A stretch of 64,000 nucleotides of DNA, taken from the NCBI GenBank assembly GCA_016184125.1, contig JACPDG010000057.1, forward strand, positions 11,485 through 75,484. The letters run 5' to 3'. A program made the translations under genes and the position numbers. Positions 32,423 to 41,243 of this stretch are shown piece by piece (position 1 is the first letter of the stretch; every line of letters starts with the position of its first letter). The stretch comes from Candidatus Rokuibacteriota bacterium. GTDB lineage: Bacteria; Methylomirabilota; Methylomirabilia; Rokubacteriales; CSP1-6. Under the pieces are notes generated by a model that saw nothing but the letters and a program-made list of their open reading frames with translations, ran no database searches and was not told the DNA's origin.

Positions 32423-32438
32423 AGCAACCGCAGTGCCA
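32423..32438 (-). promoter_or_regulatory. Sigma54 -24/-12 promoter
   Basis: TGGCAC-TGCGG-TTGCT, matching the TGGCAC-N5-TTGCW consensus, ~40 bp upstream of the ATG at 32383. Confidence 0.7.
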
Positions 32439-32540
32439 CGCACGCGCAGGGTGGCGAACGCTCGGCGCACGCCGGGGGCACGGGCGCGCCACGCGACCGT
32501 CGCGCTGAGCGTCGGCGTGTCGCCCGCGCGGCGCCCGCGC

Positions 32541-33443
32541 TCAGCGCGCCGCAGGCTCGTACGTGAGGAGTCGCAGGAGATCCGCGGTGAGGTCGTAGAG
32601 CTGCGCGCAGCCGCCGGCGCCGCCGATGAGCGTCTGGATGCGCTTCGGGAGCTCGGCATCCACCACCTCGCCGATGAGCGTGGCGAGCTTGCGCTGTGGC
32701 TCGGTGCAGATGCCCATGTAGGGAAGCCGCGGGGTCATGCCGTCCGCTCGCACGACCCGGCCCGTGGTGCTGTCGACCTCGTAGGTGAGCTCGAACCCGT
32801 GGACGTTGTCGTACATCGAGTGGAAGAGCCGCAGCCGCCCACCGACACGCTCGATCCGCGCGACCTTCTTGCGCACGAACACACGCGCCTGGCCCGGCTT
32901 CGGGCTGTAGAGATCCGCGGTCATCGCCGTCGCGACCCGGCGCGTCCCGAGGAGCGCGCGGCCGGCCTCCGTGTACGCGAAGCAGGAGTCCGGAAGATCG
33001 CTCCACCCGGTCGTGTCGAGCTGCCAGCACCCCCACGGATCTCCGGTCGCGGCGAGGGCGCGGTCGCGCGGCATCTTGGCCACCTGGCGCGCGAGCCGTG
33101 CGATCTCGATCACGGCGTCGCGCGCCGGTCCTGCGCCCGCTCCGCGGCCGGTCGCTTCCGCGATGCGGCGGCCGAGACCGGCGACCATCGCCGTCCCCGC
33201 GAGCTTGCCGATGCCGGTCAGCACGCCGGGATCGACGACGCCGGCGAGCACGCGCGCGCGGGCTTCGCGGATCGCATACGTCGGCGAGGGCAGGACGACC
33301 GCCGCCACCTCGATGGCCACCCCCGGCTCGCTTACCCTGGCGGTGTGCGTGAACGCGTCATCGTGCGTGTTGTCCGTCCAGGCGTCGACGACGCGCTGCC
33401 AGCGCTCCGCGCTGCGCAGGACCGGGGGATCCATCATCACCAT
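32541..33443 (-). CDS. DUF2889-like hypothetical protein
   Basis: Motifs DNVHGF, PRLPYMGIC and GGAGGCAQLYDL. Confidence 0.65.
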   Translation of the reverse strand: MVMMDPPVLRSAERWQRVVDAWTDNTHDDAFTHTARVSEPGVAIEVAAVVLPSPTYAIREARARVLAGVVDPGVLTGIGKLAGTAMVAGLGRRIAEATGRGAGAGPARDAVIEIARLARQVAKMPRDRALAATGDPWGCWQLDTTGWSDLPDSCFAYTEAGRALLGTRRVATAMTADLYSPKPGQARVFVRKKVARIERVGGRLRLFHSMYDNVHGFELTYEVDSTTGRVVRADGMTPRLPYMGICTEPQRKLATLIGEVVDAELPKRIQTLIGGAGGCAQLYDLTADLLRLLTYEPAAR

Positions 33444-33458
33444 CGACGGCGGCCCTCA

Positions 33459-33554
33459 CAGCCCCTGAACCACTCCCGAGCCGCGCCCCGGGTCCCCCGG
33501 GGCGCGTGCGAGCGACCGGGGGGCTTGGGGGGCATCGATAGTCCCCCCATGATG
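33459..33554 (-). repeat. Family-A repeat copy flanked by TGA
   Basis: TGA|CATCATGGGGGGACTATCGATGCCCCCC...TTCAGGGGCTG|TGA; it starts at the YHS stop codon. Confidence 0.85.
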
Positions 33555-33719
33555 TCAGTGCTGCTCGACGGCGCCGCCCTCGAGGTACGTGTCGGGATCA
33601 CGGTCGAACTTCTGCTTGCAGCCCACCGCGCAGAAGTAATAGGTCTCGCCCTGGTACTTCGACTGCGCCGCCGCCTTCGCGGGCTCGACGTCCATGTGGC
33701 ACACGGGGTCCTTCGCCAT
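33555..33719 (-). CDS. YHS domain protein
   Basis: KDPVCHM...YQGETYYFCAVGCKQKF..DP..Y. Confidence 0.9.
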   Translation of the reverse strand: MAKDPVCHMDVEPAKAAAQSKYQGETYYFCAVGCKQKFDRDPDTYLEGGAVEQH

Positions 33720-33733
33720 CGCATCGTCCTCCT

Positions 33734-36037
33734 TCATCCGCGTGTGCGCGCGGATCCGGTTGCGTGGGCGGTGGCCGGCGCCCGCGACACGCGGTCGCTC
33801 GGTGCCCAGCGCTTGAGCCTCAGGCTGTTGGTCACGACCGAGACCGACGAGAACGCCATGGCGGCGCCGGCCAGGATCGGCGACAGCAGCACGCCCCAGA
33901 TCGGGTAGAGAACGCCGGCCGCGACGGGGATGAGCACCACGTTGTAGCCGAACGCCCACACGAGGTTCTCCTTGATGATGCGGATCGTCCGGCGGGACAG
34001 CCCGACGGCCGCCACGACCGCGCGCAGGTCGCCGCGCATGAGGGTCACGTCCGCGGCCTCGATCGCCACGTCGGTCCCGCCGCCCATCGCGATGCCCACG
34101 TCGGCCTGCGCGAGCGCCGGCGCGTCGTTGATCCCGTCGCCGACCATGGCCACGAGGCGCTCCTCCGCCTGGAGACGTTTCACCTCGCGCGCCTTGTCCT
34201 CGGGGAGCACCTCCGCCAGCACCCGGTCGATTCCCGCCTCGCGCGCGATCGCCCGCGCGGTGACTCGGTTGTCGCCCGTCAGCATGACGACGCCGATGCC
34301 CAGCCGTCTCAGCTCCGCGACCGCGTCGCGGGCTTCGGGCTTGAGCACGTCCGCGGCGGCGATGAGGCCGAGCAGCCGGCCGGCGAACGCCACGAACATC
34401 ACGGTCTTGCCCTCCGCGGCGAGCCGATCTGCGCCGGCCTCCGCGTCACCGACCTCGATGCCGCGCATGTCCATCATCGTGCGATTCCCGAGGAGCACGC
34501 GGCCGTCGGGGGCGAGCGCGTCGATACCCTGTCCGGGGACCGTCGTGAATTCCGTCACCGCGGGGAGCGCGAGACCGCGTTCCTTGGCCCGCGCGACGAT
34601 CGCCTCCCCGAGCGGGTGTTCGGATCCCTGCTCGGCGGCGGCGGCGATCGCCACGATCTCGTCGTCTCCGGCGCCCCGCATGGCGATCACGTCGGTCACG
34701 ACCGGCCGGCCCACCGTCAGCGTGCCGGTCTTGTCGAAGACGATGGTGCCGACGCGGTGGAGCAGCTCAAGCGCCGCCGCGCTCTTGATGAGGATGCCGT
34801 GCTCGGCGCCGCGGCCGGTGCCCACCATGATCGCGGTCGGCGTCGCGAGGCCCATCGCGCACGGACACGCGATGACGAGCACCGCGACGGCGTTCGTCAG
34901 CGCCATCATCAACGCGAGCTCGGGACCGAGCGCCCACCAGGCGGCGAACGTGAGCGCCGCGAGGAGGAGCACGATCGGGACGAACACCGCGGCCACCCGG
35001 TCCGCCAGCCGCTGGATCGGCGCCCTCGATCCCTGGGCCTCCTCGACGAGCTTGATGATGCGCGCGAGCGTCGTCTCGCTGCCGACGCGCGTCGCGCGGA
35101 ACACGAAGCTGCCGGTGCGGTTCACCGTCCCGCCGACGACGAGCGCGCTCGGGCCCACGGCCACCGGCACGCTCTCCCCGGTGAGCATCGACTGATCGAT
35201 GGTCGAGGTACCCTCCACGACGAGACCGTCGACCGGGATCCGCTCGCCGGGACGGATGCGGACGAGATCACCGACCTGGACCTCGGCCGTCGGGACGTCG
35301 ACCTCCTGCCCGTCGCGCAGCACGCGCGCGGTCCGCGGCGCGAGGTGCATGAGCCGACGGATCGCGTCCGACGTCCGGCCGCGCGCCCGCGCCTCGAGCC
35401 ACCGCCCGAGCACCACCAGCGTGATTACCACCGCGGCGGTCTCGTAGTACGTCATCGCGCCGTGGCCCATGAACCGGTGCGGCCACAGCGTGACCGCGAC
35501 ACTGAAGAAGAACGCCGCGTTCGTCCCGATCGAGACGAGCGTCGACATCGACGCGGAGCGGTAGCGCAGGTCCCGGAGGAAGCCGGCATGGAACTGCGAG
35601 CCGACCCAGAACTGGACGGGGGTGGCGAGCACCAGCTGGAGCCATGGGCTCCGCAGCCACGCGGGCGCGAAGGGGAACAGCTCCGGCATGCCGCCCACCA
35701 GGACCGGGAGCGAGAGGACCGCGCCAGCCAAGAACTTCGCGCGCATCAGCCGCTGCTCGCGCTCCCGCGCCTCTCGCTCGCGATCGACGTGCTCCGGTGC
35801 GGATGGCGCCTCGGCGAGCTCGTACCCGGCATGCGCGACGGCGTCGCGCAACCCGGCGAGGTCCGTCCGTCCCGCATCGAACGCGATGCTCGCCTGCTCG
35901 GTCGCGAGGTTCACGGAGGCCTCGGCCACCCCCGGCACGTCCTTCAGCGCGCGCTCCACCTTCCCGACACACGCGGCGCAGTGCATGCCGCGGACGGGGA
36001 GCGTCAGCCGCTCGCGATCACGGGTCACCGTCTCCAT
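33734..36037 (-). CDS. copA: Copper-translocating P1B-type ATPase
   Basis: GMHCAAC, TGES, CPC, DKTGT, EHP, GDGIND, YN and MAFSS. Confidence 0.95.
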   Translation of the reverse strand: METVTRDRERLTLPVRGMHCAACVGKVERALKDVPGVAEASVNLATEQASIAFDAGRTDLAGLRDAVAHAGYELAEAPSAPEHVDREREAREREQRLMRAKFLAGAVLSLPVLVGGMPELFPFAPAWLRSPWLQLVLATPVQFWVGSQFHAGFLRDLRYRSASMSTLVSIGTNAAFFFSVAVTLWPHRFMGHGAMTYYETAAVVITLVVLGRWLEARARGRTSDAIRRLMHLAPRTARVLRDGQEVDVPTAEVQVGDLVRIRPGERIPVDGLVVEGTSTIDQSMLTGESVPVAVGPSALVVGGTVNRTGSFVFRATRVGSETTLARIIKLVEEAQGSRAPIQRLADRVAAVFVPIVLLLAALTFAAWWALGPELALMMALTNAVAVLVIACPCAMGLATPTAIMVGTGRGAEHGILIKSAAALELLHRVGTIVFDKTGTLTVGRPVVTDVIAMRGAGDDEIVAIAAAAEQGSEHPLGEAIVARAKERGLALPAVTEFTTVPGQGIDALAPDGRVLLGNRTMMDMRGIEVGDAEAGADRLAAEGKTVMFVAFAGRLLGLIAAADVLKPEARDAVAELRRLGIGVVMLTGDNRVTARAIAREAGIDRVLAEVLPEDKAREVKRLQAEERLVAMVGDGINDAPALAQADVGIAMGGGTDVAIEAADVTLMRGDLRAVVAAVGLSRRTIRIIKENLVWAFGYNVVLIPVAAGVLYPIWGVLLSPILAGAAMAFSSVSVVTNSLRLKRWAPSDRVSRAPATAHATGSARTRG

Positions 36038-36046
36038 CGATCCAGC

Positions 36047-36328
36047 CTACCGCCCGCCGAAGCGGGAGAACACGTCCAGGAGCTCGTCGATCTTCCGCTG
36101 CCGCTCGGTCTTCGTGCCCGACCGCATCGCGTCCGCGACGCACGACTCGATGTGGCGGCCGAGCAGGAGCTTCTGGACCTGCTCGAGCGCCCCCTGCACC
36201 GCCGAGACCTGCAGGAGAATGTCGACGCAGTACGCGTCGGCCTCGATCATCCGCTGGAGGCCCTGCACTTGACCCTCGATCCGCCGCAGGCGGCCGAGCG
36301 CCTTCGTCCTCGTGTCGTCGTCGATCAT
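36047..36328 (-). CDS. csoR: CsoR metal-sensing repressor
   Basis: RLRRIEGQVQG...YCVDIL.Q...HIESCV. Confidence 0.92.
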   Translation of the reverse strand: MIDDDTRTKALGRLRRIEGQVQGLQRMIEADAYCVDILLQVSAVQGALEQVQKLLLGRHIESCVADAMRSGTKTERQRKIDELLDVFSRFGGR

Positions 36329-36368
36329 CGCGTTCGCCTCGATCCTCGCCGAGCCTGTCGGGGCACGA

Positions 36369-36412
36369 TACCCCCAGGGGGTAGTGTGCAGGACGCCGGC
36401 GGCGGCTGTCAA
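36369..36412 (-). promoter_or_regulatory. csoR-copA promoter with CsoR operator
   Basis: TTGACA (36412-36407), a CACACT -10-like hexamer, and the palindrome TACCCCCAGGGGGTA (36369-36383). Confidence 0.8.
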
Positions 36413-36450
36413 CACCGCGAAGGTGAGACGGCGGTCCGGCTCACCGGAGG

Positions 36451-36818
36451 CTCAGCGCCCGTGAACGAATCGCGTGGTCGAGGAGCGCCCCGGCGCTATG
36501 CCTGCCCTCCAGTCCGCCGAGGGGTGTCGAGAGGACCGCCCCGGGGGTTCCCGGGGCGGTTCCGAGCGCGGGGGGGTGTGGGGCATACGCGTTAACGTAA
36601 TATCGGCTTACGATGTGAATCCGCGGGAAACCCACGATTTCCGGGGTCCAGGTCCGCCAAGAGACCCCGAAAAGACGGGCATGGGGGTGTGGGGCGGGGT
36701 GTGGGGGGCCATGTCGGGGCCCCCAGGGACGCAGCGGGAGATCGAGGACCGCCCCGGGTTTCCCGGGGCGGTTCCGAGCGCGGGGGGGTATGGGGGGCCA
36801 TGTCGGGGCCCCCCATGA
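36451..36818 (-). repeat. Composite/nested family-A repeats
   Basis: Several GGGGGCCCCGACATGGCCCCCC and CGCTCGGAACCGCCCCGGG modules; ends TTCACGGGCGCTGA. Confidence 0.8.
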
Positions 36819-37211
36819 TCAAAAGAGCGATGGCTGCTCGGCGCCCGCCGTGGTCGATCGCCGGCGGCGGGCCGACGGCTTCGCCGCCTTCCCGCTGTCG
36901 CTCGCACCCTTCACGCCGTCGGCCGGCGCCGGCCGCGGCAGCTTCCAGCCCTTGAGGCGCGCGATACGCTCGCCCTGCTTGATGGCGAGCAGGTCGACCA
37001 GGCGCGCGAGAGGGTTGCGCAGCAGACCGAGGTACTTCTCCCAGTACCGCGGTGTGAGGGCCAACGTTCGCATCTGCGCGAGCGCCAGCTCGAGCGCGAC
37101 GCGATCGCCCTTCCGCGCGGCCAGGCGCAGATCGCCGAGGAGCTTGTCTCGGCTGATCCGCGAGGGCGGCGTCCTCGGGACCCGCGCGGCCGGCCGACGG
37201 CGGCGGCTCAC
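36819..37211 (-). CDS. Hypothetical protein ending in QPSLF
   Basis: GTG start overlaps the upstream TGA; helical core DKLLGDLRLAARKGDRVALELAL...YWEKYLGLL. Confidence 0.65.
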   Translation of the reverse strand: MSRRRRPAARVPRTPPSRISRDKLLGDLRLAARKGDRVALELALAQMRTLALTPRYWEKYLGLLRNPLARLVDLLAIKQGERIARLKGWKLPRPAPADGVKGASDSGKAAKPSARRRRSTTAGAEQPSLF

Positions 37212-38263
37212 GGCTTGCCGGAGAGCTCCCGCCGGAGCAGCCGTGCTGCACCGACGAGCGAGCGCAGCTTGGAGACCGCGACCCAGCGCGGCGTCTCCCA
37301 CAACCCGCAATCCGGCGCGAGCCAGACGCGCTCGGCCGGCACGTGCTCGAGGGCCAGGCGGACGCGCGCGGCAACCTCCTCCGGCGGCTCGACGCGATAC
37401 GCCTTCACGTCGACGACGCCGACCGCGATCTCCTTGCCGGTGGGGTACTTGGCCCAGAGCTCGATCTCCGCCATCTCCCGGCTGGCGTACTCGAACACGA
37501 ACTGCTCGACGGGCGCATCGGCGAGGAGCGGGTGGAGCGCCGCGTACCGGCGCGGCGTCGCGAACGAGCCCCGGTGCGCGTTGCCGAAGCACACATGGAG
37601 CGCGAGCTTCGCCCTCACACCGGCGACGGTCGCACGCAGGGCCTCCAGCAGCACCGCCGGCCCCTCACGCAGCAGCCGGTGCTTGCCGGCACTCATGACG
37701 TAGTTCGGCTCGTCGATCTGGATCAGCTCGCATCCGGCCTCGACGAGGAGGCGAAGCTCCCGATTGACGATGTCGATGAGATCGGCGAGCAGCGTATCCT
37801 CGGACGTGTACGGCCCGCCGCGCCGGAGCGGCATCAGGAGCGTGATCGGGCCCGGCACGGCGACGCGAATCGGCCGGTCGGCGTGGGCCCGCGCGAACCG
37901 GAACTCGTCCACGATGCCGAGTCCCTCGGGCGCTTCGATGCGGCCGACCACGTCGAACGGACAGTGCGAGTCGTAGCTCGGCGGACCGAGCCGGCGCGGG
38001 ACCGCGAGCGGGCGCAGCCCCGCGAGGTGGTCGTAGAACCCGCGAATGAACATCGTGCGCCGCATCTCACCGTCGGAGATGACGTCGACGCCCGTCTCGA
38101 TCTGATCGCGGATCGCGATGCGCACGGCGTCGTCGTACGCCTCGCGCAGATCGGTCGGCCCCAGCCGGTCGGCGGCCGTGGCCTCACGCACGAGGTGCAA
38201 CCACGACGGCCAGGCGTGCGACCCGACGACGGTGGTGGGAAGCAGTGGCAGCTGAGCTGGCAT
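37208..38263 (-). CDS. Cobalamin-independent methionine synthase II family (MetE C-domain)
   Basis: TTVVGS, SDGEMRR, IQIDEP, LHVCFGN and PDCGL. Confidence 0.88.
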   Translation of the reverse strand: MPAQLPLLPTTVVGSHAWPSWLHLVREATAADRLGPTDLREAYDDAVRIAIRDQIETGVDVISDGEMRRTMFIRGFYDHLAGLRPLAVPRRLGPPSYDSHCPFDVVGRIEAPEGLGIVDEFRFARAHADRPIRVAVPGPITLLMPLRRGGPYTSEDTLLADLIDIVNRELRLLVEAGCELIQIDEPNYVMSAGKHRLLREGPAVLLEALRATVAGVRAKLALHVCFGNAHRGSFATPRRYAALHPLLADAPVEQFVFEYASREMAEIELWAKYPTGKEIAVGVVDVKAYRVEPPEEVAARVRLALEHVPAERVWLAPDCGLWETPRWVAVSKLRSLVGAARLLRRELSGKP

Positions 38264-38368
38264 CGGCCGGATGCTACCACCGTTCCGGAATGGCCATCGG
38301 TCCCCGCCGGCGGCGGCCGGTCGCTCATGCCACCCGAACGATCCAAGTGCGTGGGGAGTCAGCGAGCG

Positions 38369-38549
38369 GCGGCGGCGGGCGGGGTGGAAGGGCGGGTGGA
38401 GGGGGGCGAGCCGAGCCCTTCCGGCGAACTCGGCGAACTGCTATCGCGAAACAGCGGCAGCGAGTGGGAACGCCCCGGCGGTGATCGGTCTCCGACGGCG
38501 GTGGTCGGTCGCCCCCCTCCACCCGCCCCTCCGCCCCGCCCGCCGCCGC
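38369..38549. repeat. 41-bp inverted repeat enclosing a ~99-bp spacer
   Basis: Arms 38369-38409 and 38509-38549 are complementary except for 2 mismatches. Confidence 0.85.
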
Positions 38550-38567
38550 GTCCACGCCGAGGGCTAA

Positions 38568-40094
38568 CTAACGCACCTGGATTTCGTAATCCTCGCGCTG
38601 CGGATGCCCGCCCTGCGTCTGGACGGTGATCTTCACGTCGAGCGACGTGCCGAGCTGGCGGAGCACGTCCTTGCCGTCGTTCTCGAGGTAGTGGACGAGC
38701 TCCGGGTGGGCGCGCACGACGATCTCGCGCCCCGGCTGGGTGGCCAGCCTCGCCTGGATCGCCCGGAGGATCTCCGCGGTGAGTGTCGCGTCGGAGCGGA
38801 TCACGCCGCTGCCCTTGCAGGTCGGGCACGCGGTCGACAGCAGCGACCGGAGATCCTGCCGGACGCGCTTGCGCGTCATCTCCACGAGACCGAGCTCCGA
38901 GATGTCGAGCACGTTCGTCCGCGCCTTGTCGTCCGCGAGCGCCTTCTTGAGCGCCTTCTCGACCTCCGCGCGGTGCTCCGGCCGTTCCATGTCGATGAAG
39001 TCGATGATGATGATGCCGCCGAGATCGCGCAGCCGGATCTGGCGGACGACCTCGTTCACCGCCTCGAGATTGATCTTGAGCACCGTCTGCTCGAAATCCC
39101 GCTTGCCGACGTACTTGCCCGTGTTGACGTCGATCGAGACGAGCGCCTCGGTGTGGTCGATCACGATGTAGCCGCCGGACTTGAGCCACACGCGCCGGCG
39201 AAGCGCCTTCTCGATCTCGCGCTCGATGCCGTACGTCTCGAAGATCGGCACCCGCCCCTCGTACCGCTTCACGCGGTCGGCGAGCCCGGGCACGAGCGCC
39301 TGCACGTCGCTCACGCTCTTCGCGTAGACGTCCGGGTCGTCGACGACGAACTCCTCGACGTCGGTCGACATCAGATCGCGCAGGACGCGGAACGTGAGGT
39401 CCATCTCCTGGTGCAGCACGGCCGGCGCCCGCGACTGCTCGTGGCGGCCGTTGATCTGGGCCCAGAGACGGCCGAGGAACGCCAGGTCGGCCGCGAACTC
39501 CTCCGCGCCCTTGCCCTCCGCGTTCGTGCGCAGGATGAAGCCGCCGGGCGGCGGGTTCAGCTCGCGCAGCACGCTGCGCAGCCGGTCACGCTCGCGCTCG
39601 TCGCGAATGCGGCGCGACACGCCGATGTGGCTCGTCTGGGGCATGTAGACGAGGTACCGGCCGGGCAGCGAGATGAACGAGGTGACGCGCGCGCCCTTGG
39701 TTCCGAGCGACTCCTTCGACACCTGCACGAGCACGTCCTGGCCCTTGCGCAGCAGCTCCTCGATCGGCGTCGTCGGCTCGCGCCGCGGCGGCTCCTCGTC
39801 GACGTCGACGTCGGCGTCCGGCTCCCCCTCGCTCGCGAGCATCTCGCGGACGTACTCGCCGAGGTTGGCCGTGTAGTCGCCGGCGTAGAGGAACGCGTCC
39901 TTCGCGAGGCCGATGTCGACGAACGCGGCCTGCATCCCCGGCAGGACGTTCGTCACCGTGCCCTTGTAGACGCTGCCCACGATCGAGCGCTGCCGGTGGC
40001 GCTCGAGGTACAGCTCGACGAGGACGTTACTCTCGAGGACGGCGACCCGGGTCTCGGTGAGCCCCGCGTTGACGACGACGATCCGTTTGCCCAC
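38568..40094 (-). CDS. rng: Rne/Rng family ribonuclease (RNase G-like)
   Basis: VLPGMQAAFVDIG, SIDVNTG and RLRDLGGIIIIDFIDM. Confidence 0.93.
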   Translation of the reverse strand: MGKRIVVVNAGLTETRVAVLESNVLVELYLERHRQRSIVGSVYKGTVTNVLPGMQAAFVDIGLAKDAFLYAGDYTANLGEYVREMLASEGEPDADVDVDEEPPRREPTTPIEELLRKGQDVLVQVSKESLGTKGARVTSFISLPGRYLVYMPQTSHIGVSRRIRDERERDRLRSVLRELNPPPGGFILRTNAEGKGAEEFAADLAFLGRLWAQINGRHEQSRAPAVLHQEMDLTFRVLRDLMSTDVEEFVVDDPDVYAKSVSDVQALVPGLADRVKRYEGRVPIFETYGIEREIEKALRRRVWLKSGGYIVIDHTEALVSIDVNTGKYVGKRDFEQTVLKINLEAVNEVVRQIRLRDLGGIIIIDFIDMERPEHRAEVEKALKKALADDKARTNVLDISELGLVEMTRKRVRQDLRSLLSTACPTCKGSGVIRSDATLTAEILRAIQARLATQPGREIVVRAHPELVHYLENDGKDVLRQLGTSLDVKITVQTQGGHPQREDYEIQVR

Positions 40095-40148
40095 GGCAGC
40101 ACCTCGCTGACGCGAGCGGCGACCGGCAGGGCCGGCCCGACTCGCGTC

Positions 40149-41243
40149 TCATTGGAACTGCCGCATCCGGACCGAGACGAGGAGTCCGAGGGCCACGAGG
40201 GAGACGAGCATCGACGAGCCCCCGTAACTCATCAGAGGCAACGGGATGCCGACGACCGGCAGGAGACCCGTGACCATCCCCACGTTGACGAGGATCTGGG
40301 TGGCGAAGAGCCCCGTCACGCCCAGGGCCACGAGCCGCCCCACCGGATCGCGGGAGGAGGCGGCGATGTCGAAGCCCCGGAGGAGGAGGATCGCGTAGCC
40401 GGCCAGCAGCACCAGACAGCCGACGAATCCCCACATCTCGGCGAACACGGCGAAGATGAAATCTGTATGGCGCTCCGGGAGGAAGGCGAGCCGGCTCTGC
40501 GTCGCGCCGCTCACGCCCTTGCCCAGGAGCTGCCCCGAACCGATGGCGATCTTGGCCTGGATCACGTTGTACGCGCTCCCGAGGGGATCGCGCAGCGGAT
40601 CCAGGTACACGAGGACACGTTCCCGCTGGTAATCCTTGATCAGCAGCCAGCCGACCGGCATCGCGGCCGCGCCCATGCCCGCGATCCAGGCGAGGAGCCG
40701 GACGCTGATGCCGGCGCCGAACAACAGCAGGATCAGCACGGGAAAGAGCAGCACCGCCGTGCCCAGGTCGGGCTGCTTCACGATGAGCCCGGCCGGGACC
40801 AGCACGACGGGGAGGATCCAGAGGAGCGTCGAGACGGTGATGGGCTGCGCCCACCGCGAGCAGAGCAGCCACACGAGCATCAGCACGAACGCGATCTTGA
40901 AGATCTCCGACGGCTGGACGCTGAAGGCGCCCACGCCGATCCACCGGCGCGCGCCCGAGACGGTCTTGCCCACGACGAAGATGGCGACGAGGCCCGCGAG
41001 GCCGAGCACGTAGAAGAGCGGTGCGACCTGCACGAACCGCCGGTAGTCGATGCTGATGACGACGACGAGGGCAAGGAGGCCGATGCCGAACCACGCGAGC
41101 TGCCGCAACGCCACCGCCGACCCCGCCCGTCCGGGGTGCAGGGTCATGAGCGTCGTGGCCGAGACCGCGACCAGCACGGTCGCGGTCACGAGCAGCCCCC
41201 AGTCGACGTTCTGGAGCAGCCGGCGGTCGATCTTGAGCGTCAT
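40149..41243 (-). CDS. rodA: Rod shape-determining protein RodA
   Basis: QPSE, KQPDLGT, FLPERHTDFIF and PLMSYGGSS. Confidence 0.95.
   Translation of the reverse strand: MTLKIDRRLLQNVDWGLLVTATVLVAVSATTLMTLHPGRAGSAVALRQLAWFGIGLLALVVVISIDYRRFVQVAPLFYVLGLAGLVAIFVVGKTVSGARRWIGVGAFSVQPSEIFKIAFVLMLVWLLCSRWAQPITVSTLLWILPVVLVPAGLIVKQPDLGTAVLLFPVLILLLFGAGISVRLLAWIAGMGAAAMPVGWLLIKDYQRERVLVYLDPLRDPLGSAYNVIQAKIAIGSGQLLGKGVSGATQSRLAFLPERHTDFIFAVFAEMWGFVGCLVLLAGYAILLLRGFDIAASSRDPVGRLVALGVTGLFATQILVNVGMVTGLLPVVGIPLPLMSYGGSSMLVSLVALGLLVSVRMRQFQ

Noticed and set aside
38264-38567. SAM or cobalamin riboswitch upstream of the MetE-like gene
   Set aside because: No S-box or B12-box consensus is recognisable; only the inverted repeat is supported.
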